Below are positions 58,705 through 64,000 of a DNA stretch of 64,000 nt, one piece after another (the first letter of the stretch is position 1; each line of letters starts with the position of its first letter). The notes beneath the pieces were generated by a model that did no database searches, was not told the DNA's origin, and saw only the letters and a list, made by a program, of their open reading frames with translations. The stretch is from a virus (lineage: Duplodnaviria; Caudoviricetes). The DNA lies in IMG/VR virus record IMGVR_UViG_3300028797_000006, positions 32,001-96,000 of that record, one strand, 5' to 3'. A program made the position numbers and the translations under genes.

Positions 58705-58875
58705 ATATTGTCATGCTAGTATCACTGCTAACGGCTAGACAGAGCCGGGTGGTTCACAAACACCATTCGCCTGCAGATCTTCGCTGTAGACCCAAGCAGT
58801 GCTTTTCGATAGACTGCCTCGCTGTCGTTTCGTTGATTAATCGGGTAGACAGCACCATACCTGTTATAAATTATT

Positions 58876-58970
58876 TGGCAGAGAACGCCGGACTTGAACC
58901 GGCACCCCGGATTACTCCGAGTACTGGCGGTTTAGCAAACCACTGCCTTACCAATTAGGCTTAGTTCTCT
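58876..58970 (-). tRNA. tRNA-Ser(GCU)
   Basis: Loop TTGCTAA, long variable arm, CCA. Confidence 0.9.
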
Positions 58971-58973
58971 ATT

Positions 58974-59049
58974 TGGTGCGCCTAGAGTGATTCGAACACT
59001 CGACTCCATAATTAAAAGTTATGTACTCTACCGGCTGAGTTATAGGCAC
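58974..59049 (-). tRNA. tRNA-Lys(UUU)
   Basis: CATAA-CTTTTAA-TTATG, CCA. Confidence 0.92.
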
Positions 59050-59239
59050 ATATGGTGGGCCTTACACCCACTCAAGAGGTATCGTAACGCGTGTCATACT
59101 TGCGAGTTTAAAGTTTTCTTTCTTATATAATAAGGAAGTAGCGGCCCCTGCCTACTTTACAATGGACTTCTTTGCGAGGCTCCGTTCTCCTTCTCATATT
59201 GGTTATTTTGAGAACTATCCATTAACCTTATAAATTAAT

Positions 59240-59315
59240 TGGTACTCCGCCTGGGACTCGAACCCAGATAACACTAATTAAGAGTTAGTTGCACGACCAG
59301 TTGTGCTAACGGAAT
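59240..59315 (-). tRNA. tRNA-Lys(CUU)
   Basis: ACTAA-CTCTTAA-TTAGT, CCA. Confidence 0.92.
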
Positions 59316-59318
59316 ATT

Positions 59319-59419
59319 TGGTGGGAATTGAGGACTCGAACCTCCACCTCTCACTTCACCGAGAGGCCTTTGTTTCACCCCGTTTTCGCAGGGCGGTGCC
59401 ACCTTGACACTTTCATCCC
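59319..59419 (-). ncRNA. Atypical tRNA-like RNA without a canonical anticodon loop
   Basis: T arm TTCGAGT and CCA end; 6-nt loop CGAAAA; extra 7-bp arm. Confidence 0.6.
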
Positions 59420-59422
59420 ATT

Positions 59423-59507
59423 TGGTACCGGAAGTGGGACTCGAACCCACACGTCTCTCGACAATTGCTTCTAAGGCAATCTTCTGTGCCAACTCGAATA
59501 TTCCGGC
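59423..59507 (-). tRNA. tRNA-Leu(UAG)
   Basis: ATTGC-CTTAGAA-GCAAT, variable arm, A73, CCA. Confidence 0.9.
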
Positions 59508-59510
59508 ATT

Positions 59511-59597
59511 TGGTGTCTAAGGTGAGACTCGAACTCACACGCCCTTTCGGACATTACCCCCTCAAAGTAAGGCGTCTACCAGTTCCGCCACTTAGAC
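59511..59597 (-). tRNA. tRNA-Leu(GAG)
   Basis: TTACT-TTGAGGG-GGTAA, variable arm, CCA. Confidence 0.88.
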
Positions 59598-59603
59598 GTT
59601 TTT

Positions 59604-59736
59604 TGGAATAGGCAGGAGTTGAACCCGCATAAAATACTTCTGTGATGACAAACAATATTCCGATAGATCTGCCCATAAGTCATCTAATTATTGGACTCGT
59701 CCCGTCAGCTCTCCCATTTGAGCTATAACTATTCCA
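59604..59736 (-). ncRNA. tRNA-like RNA with D and T arms but an ~80-nt structured insert replacing the anticodon arm
   Basis: TGGAATAG/CTATTCCA stem, GCTC-AAATGGGA-GAGC, GCGGG-TTCAACT-CCTGC. Confidence 0.6.
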
Positions 59737-59740
59737 TATA

Positions 59741-59816
59741 TGGTGGTCAGACTCAGAGTCGAACTGAGGTGCATGGTTTTTCAGACCATTGTACCAACCG
59801 TGTATACCATCTGACC
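59741..59816 (-). tRNA. tRNA-Phe(GAA)
   Basis: ATGGT-CTGAAAA-ACCAT, CCA. Confidence 0.92.
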
Positions 59817-59818
59817 AG

Positions 59819-60364
59819 TTAGATGGAATCTGCTGTAATTCCACTATTATCGCACATTCTAATAACTTTCATCATCTCGACAGGAGTATAATCCCATCTT
59901 TCTACACATAGACATGCGCCATTACGTGCGATTGTAGGGAACATGCCATGAAAGTCCTTTGCGTGCACATGACCATAGAAGTGATAGTCATATGTATCAT
60001 GTGAGTTTCCTGGACGCGCATCAGGTCTGTGTGAGAAGAAGATTTTATTCCCTGCAATTTCTTTAATGAATGAAGGTAATACTTCTTCAAAACCGCAATC
60101 AAGATAGAATTGTTTGGACTTAGTGTCGTGATTGCCGCGCACTAGAATTTTATGTCCTTTAAGTCGAGGAATGATCCACTTAAGTGAAGACTCTTGACCG
60201 AGCCCGACATCACCAAGATGAATAACAATGTCGTCATCTGTGACTACTGCATTCCATCTCTTAATCATTGCGTCATTCATTTCTTCAATAGAGCGAAATG
60301 GTCTATCTTCATATTGAATGATATTTTTATGATTGAAGTGAGTGTCGCTAATTAAATAAATCAT
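59819..60364 (-). CDS. Calcineurin-like metallophosphoesterase embedded in the tRNA array
   Basis: SDTHF, HLGDV, RGNHD, SHRP, YGHVH. Confidence 0.9.
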   Translation of the reverse strand: MIYLISDTHFNHKNIIQYEDRPFRSIEEMNDAMIKRWNAVVTDDDIVIHLGDVGLGQESSLKWIIPRLKGHKILVRGNHDTKSKQFYLDCGFEEVLPSFIKEIAGNKIFFSHRPDARPGNSHDTYDYHFYGHVHAKDFHGMFPTIARNGACLCVERWDYTPVEMMKVIRMCDNSGITADSI

Positions 60365-60387
60365 AACTTTCCTTTCTTATACAAATA

Positions 60388-60416
60388 ATTATACCAGAAC
60401 CTTTTGAGTTTGTCGA
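60388..60416 (-). promoter_or_regulatory. Possible internal promoter upstream of the phosphoesterase
   Basis: TCGACA-17-TATAAT with extended -10 TG. Confidence 0.55.
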
Positions 60417-60431
60417 TAACTTTTTTCCTTT

Positions 60432-60503
60432 TGGTCGCCGCACGTGGAGTCGAACCACGCTAAGACGCTTATGAAACGTCCGCGATCACCGGATCATACG
60501 GCG
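60432..60503 (-). tRNA. tRNA-Met(CAU) (or Ile2), short D arm
   Basis: GACGT-TTCATAA-GCGTC, CCA. Confidence 0.8.
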
Positions 60504-60505
60504 GT

Positions 60506-60582
60506 TGGCTAGGGCGGGAGGACTCGAACCTCCACAAACACGGGTTCAAGGCCCGTTGACTCTACCATTCGTCCACGCCCCA
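60506..60582 (-). tRNA. tRNA-Gln(UUG)
   Basis: U1-A72 pair, ACGGG-CCTTGAA-CCCGT, CCA. Confidence 0.9.
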
Positions 60583-60586
60583 ATGT

Positions 60587-60681
60587 TGGTACTCCCTGAG
60601 GGACTCGAACCCCCAACCAGCCAATTATCTGTTGCTATACGGGGTATAAACCCGCCGCTCTACCGGTTGAGCTAAGGGAGT
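60587..60681 (-). tRNA. tRNA-Ile(UAU) with long variable region
   Basis: GCGGG-TTTATAC-CCCGT, 24-nt variable region, A73, CCA. Confidence 0.85.
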
Positions 60682-60685
60682 ATAA

Positions 60686-60766
60686 TGGAGACACTGGCAG
60701 GATTTGCACCTGCGATGATTTACTGAGGTTGCAGCTCAGCCCCTTCGACTACTCGGGCACAGTGCC
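60686..60766 (-). tRNA. tRNA-Cys(GCA)
   Basis: CTGAG-CTGCAAC-CTCAG, U73, CCA. Confidence 0.92.
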
Positions 60767-60769
60767 AAT

Positions 60770-60804
60770 AAAAAACCGCTAGACATATTCCTATGCTAGC
60801 GGTT
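60770..60804 (-). terminator. Intrinsic terminator (putative attenuator) immediately 5' of tRNA-Cys
   Basis: AACCGCTAGCATA-GGAA-TATG(T)CTAGCGGTT-TTTT. Confidence 0.85.
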
Positions 60805-60838
60805 GTACCTGATTGTACACTGTTAGTGCCAGTGTTAA

Positions 60839-60928
60839 TTATTTGGTTTTGTTAGCATAGGAAAACTTACACTTCATAAAGCGTGAACTAAGTCTTTGTT
60901 TGGAACATATCTTTAATTCGTTGATCAT
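60839..60928 (-). CDS. 29-aa leader peptide MINELKICSKQRLSSRFMKCKFSYANKTK (putative tRNA-sensing attenuator peptide)
   Basis: AAAGGAG RBS at 60938-60944; codons match the downstream tRNA array; 3' end complementary to the terminator. Confidence 0.8.
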   Translation of the reverse strand: MINELKICSKQRLSSRFMKCKFSYANKTK

Positions 60929-61087
60929 GTTGTGTTTCTCCTTTGCTAAACGATTATAAGGTTCATTTAACCAACAGACAGTAAGCTTGTAGGGTTCTCT
61001 TTCGAGACTTTGCAGTTGGCACCTCGGGCCTCGCACCGTCCACTGACATAATGCCAGATACCTTACCTATCTTAACCTTACATTATT

Positions 61088-61116
61088 ATTATAGGATAAT
61101 TTTTCGATCCTGTCAA
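61088..61116 (-). promoter_or_regulatory. Consensus sigma70 promoter of the leader/tRNA operon
   Basis: TTGACA-17-TATAAT. Confidence 0.9.
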
Positions 61117-61128
61117 TAGAATTTTCAT

Positions 61129-61154
61129 AAAAAAATTACCGAGTTATCGGTAAT
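61129..61154 (-). terminator. Intrinsic terminator ending the large-ncRNA transcript
   Basis: ATTACCGA-TAAC-TCGGTAAT-TTTTTT. Confidence 0.85.
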
Positions 61155-61395
61155 CTCCGGGAATAGATTTTGAGTAAGGCCCCTAAGGTCACTATTCAGT
61201 GTTAACTTTTATGCAGCCGTTAACGAACAACTAGTTATCGTACTAGCGAACTAGAATGGATTTGGGACCATTCATTTACCCAAGAACATATTTACTAGCT
61301 ATCGGTAAAGGCCACTTAGTCAACCCTATTCATTCTTACTCTTATGTAGGAACTCATCCTTTACTATTATGGGGTCTATTGTTAGGCTAGTAACG

Positions 61396-62003
61396 TAACT
61401 GCCCTTTGATAATTATCTAATGCTGACCTTCGTCATACACGGCTTATTAACTGACATTATTCACACACGTTCACTAGAGTCTGAGGCAAAGGGAGCGACC
61501 CAATGACTTCTCTAATGGCATAAAGCGATCAACGGGAACAGTTTACTTTGTTCCAACTTTCACCGAGCTTCAGAGCATATTGTATATTGATCGTAACTTT
61601 CAACGTCGCGGTCAGATTTAACCTTATGTTAAAGCTTCTTCATTTGTCTTTCAGCTACTCGTACAGCCATATTCAGTTATAGGTTATTTCTAACCATCAA
61701 GACACCGGTTTCCTTTGAGTGCCGGGATATTAAGTTTCTCAGGCTTAATTCCTTAGGCGAGATGCATTACTGCAGTTGCTACTTGTCACCGCTGAATTTA
61801 GGCTTTGCTTATGCGTAGTTAACACGATGCACAACCAACTACATCCTTCACTGCTTTCCCATAGTAGGTTTACCTATAAGTTTCCCGATAGGTTTCTTAC
61901 TCACAATACAGTATCCCATATTGCTTTCATTCTGTAGCTGGCTCCAGGCGGTCCGCAAGACCATCTTCACCTGGTTGCAAAGATAATTATCAAAGAACAA
62001 TTA
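61396..62003 (-). ncRNA. Large ornate ncRNA (~610 nt, ROOL/GOLLD-like)
   Basis: No long ORF; 23-bp closing helix with G-U pairs on the minus strand; many internal hairpins; own promoter; adjacent to tRNA array. Confidence 0.7.
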
Positions 62004-62041
62004 CAACATTAAGAAGTTTATTTTTCCTTAATGGTATATGT

Positions 62042-62070
62042 ATTATAGAATTTTTCTGACGAGATGTCAA
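62042..62070 (-). promoter_or_regulatory. Consensus sigma70 promoter of the large ncRNA
   Basis: TTGACA-17-TATAAT. Confidence 0.9.
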
Positions 62071-62103
62071 GAAACTTTCCACTAATTTTTGAAGAAGTTT
62101 TTG

Positions 62104-62318
62104 GTTATAGCCCTTAGGGCAACCTTAAGGCGAACTTCTCGGAAACCTCCAGATCGTTCTAATTGGCAGTAGAACTTATTGGCTAAGACTGTTTGCTACT
62201 GTAGCCTTCCGCTTCACATTGTTTAAGCACTTGTCGCAGCCATACCGCATCTCGGAACTTTTTAGCAAATAGGTATACGCGGCCAATCTCAACCCTATTG
62301 GTAGGTCGGGGTTATAAC
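62104..62318 (-). ncRNA. Putative ~215-nt structured RNA
   Basis: GTTATAACCC/GGGCTATAAC closing stem; nested ATTGGC/GCCAAT and TTTGCTA/TAGCAAA helices. Confidence 0.5.
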
Positions 62319-62343
62319 TCCCACTTGAATAATTAAATATAAA

Positions 62344-62679
62344 TTATTTTCTCTTCTTAGTCAAGGACTTTTTGGCTTTTTCTTCAAGAATTCTCTTGAG
62401 GTTATCCTTGATATCAGCAAGGTAAACATCTTTTGCCGCACAAGTTGGAAGTAATTTATATTCATCCCATAAGTCAGAAACACAAATCTTAACACCACGT
62501 GCGTTGCAAGCAAGAGCAAATGACTCTTTATCGTGATATTTACTTAACAAACCACAAGCACCGACATCAATGCGGCCGACTTTGTCGAGACCGTGCCATA
62601 AATGTCTTTTTGGACCGTGATGTTTGCGCAAGCGTATTTTAACTGGGGCCGCTGGCTTACCCCCTCTTCGAACTGCCAT
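62344..62679 (-). CDS. Basic hypothetical protein (possible RNA binder)
   Basis: AAAGGAG RBS; Arg/Lys-rich termini. Confidence 0.6.
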   Translation of the reverse strand: MAVRRGGKPAAPVKIRLRKHHGPKRHLWHGLDKVGRIDVGACGLLSKYHDKESFALACNARGVKICVSDLWDEYKLLPTCAAKDVYLADIKDNLKRILEEKAKKSLTKKRK

Positions 62680-62743
62680 TGTAGTAGTTCTCCTTTCTTT
62701 ATATAAATAATTATAGCATAACCTTTTGAGTTATGCCACAATT

Positions 62744-63882
62744 TTATTCTCTAATAATGCAACGATCATGGAATTCATCACTACCTACATAGTGAAGTTT
62801 TCCATCAAGAACATAGAAAACTCCTTCGCAACCGTCATATTCAACGATTTGATAATCAGTTGCTTCATCTGGAACCTCTACAACCTTAAGTGTTTCGGCG
62901 TATCCACCGAACTCATTAATGCGACCGACAAAGCGTCCTGTTTCCACTAATTCAATAAAATCTGGACGGAAACGTGCTATTGCACTGGTTTCACTAATTT
63001 TTCCGTAACTTGTATTTATAACTACTTTCATGCGCATTTTCTCCGTTTTTCCGCCACTTCCCTTTAGAACTCCCCAGTATCATTTTTAATACTGAGATTG
63101 TCGAGTTCTTCCTCATAAAGTCTTTCAACTTCGTCCTCATATTCGTCACAGTTCTCGCAGTTAATGTGGCAATAGTAAGAATGTTCACAGTCCATGCACA
63201 TCATCTCATATACATAATCTTCAATGTTAATCATAAAAGTGCTCCTTTTTATTTTCATAGCCGTGCTCAATCCAGCCTCTTATATAATCTTCTCTATTGC
63301 TTTTATTTCTAAGAAGATAGAACCAAGCACTAAGTTTGCTGGTATAAGCCTTTTTAATAACAAAGCCGCCGCGGATTAAATAGCAGCCATAATAAACTTC
63401 TTGCATTTCTGGTTTTTCCATTAATCCCACCAGCTTTCTAAATATTTAGACACGATGCCTAAAAACTTTCTTTTATACTTTTGTTCTAATTTATACATCT
63501 TTTTATGCCATTTCTTGACGATTTTGCGGCTAGATGGATACCATTTTCCGTCTGGTCTGAAACGGTATTCGCACTTCCAATTGCGGTCAAAAATCTTTTC
63601 AGAGTCGTCAAGGTCAATGACTTTAAAATTATCATCACTAATGTGTTGCCATTTATAATAATATTCAAGAGCTTTTGTGAGTGTTTCTTCACGAGTTGGC
63701 TCATTTTTATAACGGATAGGATCTTCGTCTTTTTGTTCCATAGCGTGAACACCTTCACCGCCATGATAAAAATCCTTCATAAGATTTAAGTAAGTGACGA
63801 ACATATCCATACCATAGCTCCATTCGCCTGGATGGCTTTCATCAACAATTTTATGAAGTTCATTTTTATAAGCGTCTATCAT
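62744..63882 (-). CDS. Run of small early hypothetical genes (62744-63037, 63064-63270, 63227-63430, 63421-63882)
   Basis: Packed TGA-free ORFs. Confidence 0.55.
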
Positions 63883-64000
63883 ATCATAATAGCCGTCAGA
63901 ATAATCGCATTTTATTTCGTTGCCGAGAGAATTATATGCTTCGTTAGAAGAACAAGATGGGTCTTCATCTTCTTCATCATCGTGAAGCAGAAGATTCTCG

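Noticed and set aside
58346-59492. Track ORFs overlapping the tRNA array
   Set aside because: They run across well-formed tRNA genes and lack RBS or protein motifs.
60839-61036. 65-aa GTG-start ORF from the track
   Set aside because: The GTG lies inside the structured leader without an RBS; the strong RBS points to ATG 60928.
60770-61081. tmRNA or T-box riboswitch
   Set aside because: No Ala-type acceptor or TCCACCA end, no tag-like peptide, no T-box UGGNACC bulge; the small ORF has its own RBS and ATG.
61396-62003. Group I/II intron or rRNA fragment
   Set aside because: It interrupts no gene, has its own promoter and terminator, and I recognise no intron core or rRNA motifs; a covariance search is still needed.

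Overview
AT-rich segment of a large lytic-type dsDNA tailed phage; the gene content suggests a Bacillota/Mollicutes-like host (inference). The dominant property is opal recoding. Many genes that look fragmented in the ORF track are single ORFs once TGA is read as Trp, and motif-conserved Trp residues fall on TGA. A stand-alone tRNA with anticodon UCA sits at 28247-28343 under its own sigma70-type promoter. The core replication block (DnaE, RecJ, primase, DnaB-like helicase, Sak, SSB, GyrA/GyrB) and the small early genes are TGA-free, whereas structural, lysis and accessory genes are TGA-rich. The right end carries 14 canonical tRNA genes, several tRNA-like or structured RNAs and a ~610-nt ROOL/GOLLD-type RNA. 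The strongest novel signal lies directly upstream of the tRNA array: a 29-codon leader ORF (60839-60928, minus strand) whose codons 6-18 are 13 different consecutive codons matching 13 of the 14 array tRNAs one-to-one. It is followed by mutually exclusive antiterminator/terminator pairings. This looks like a translation-coupled attenuator that samples the host tRNA pool and switches on the phage's replacement tRNAs when host tRNAs are depleted or cleaved.
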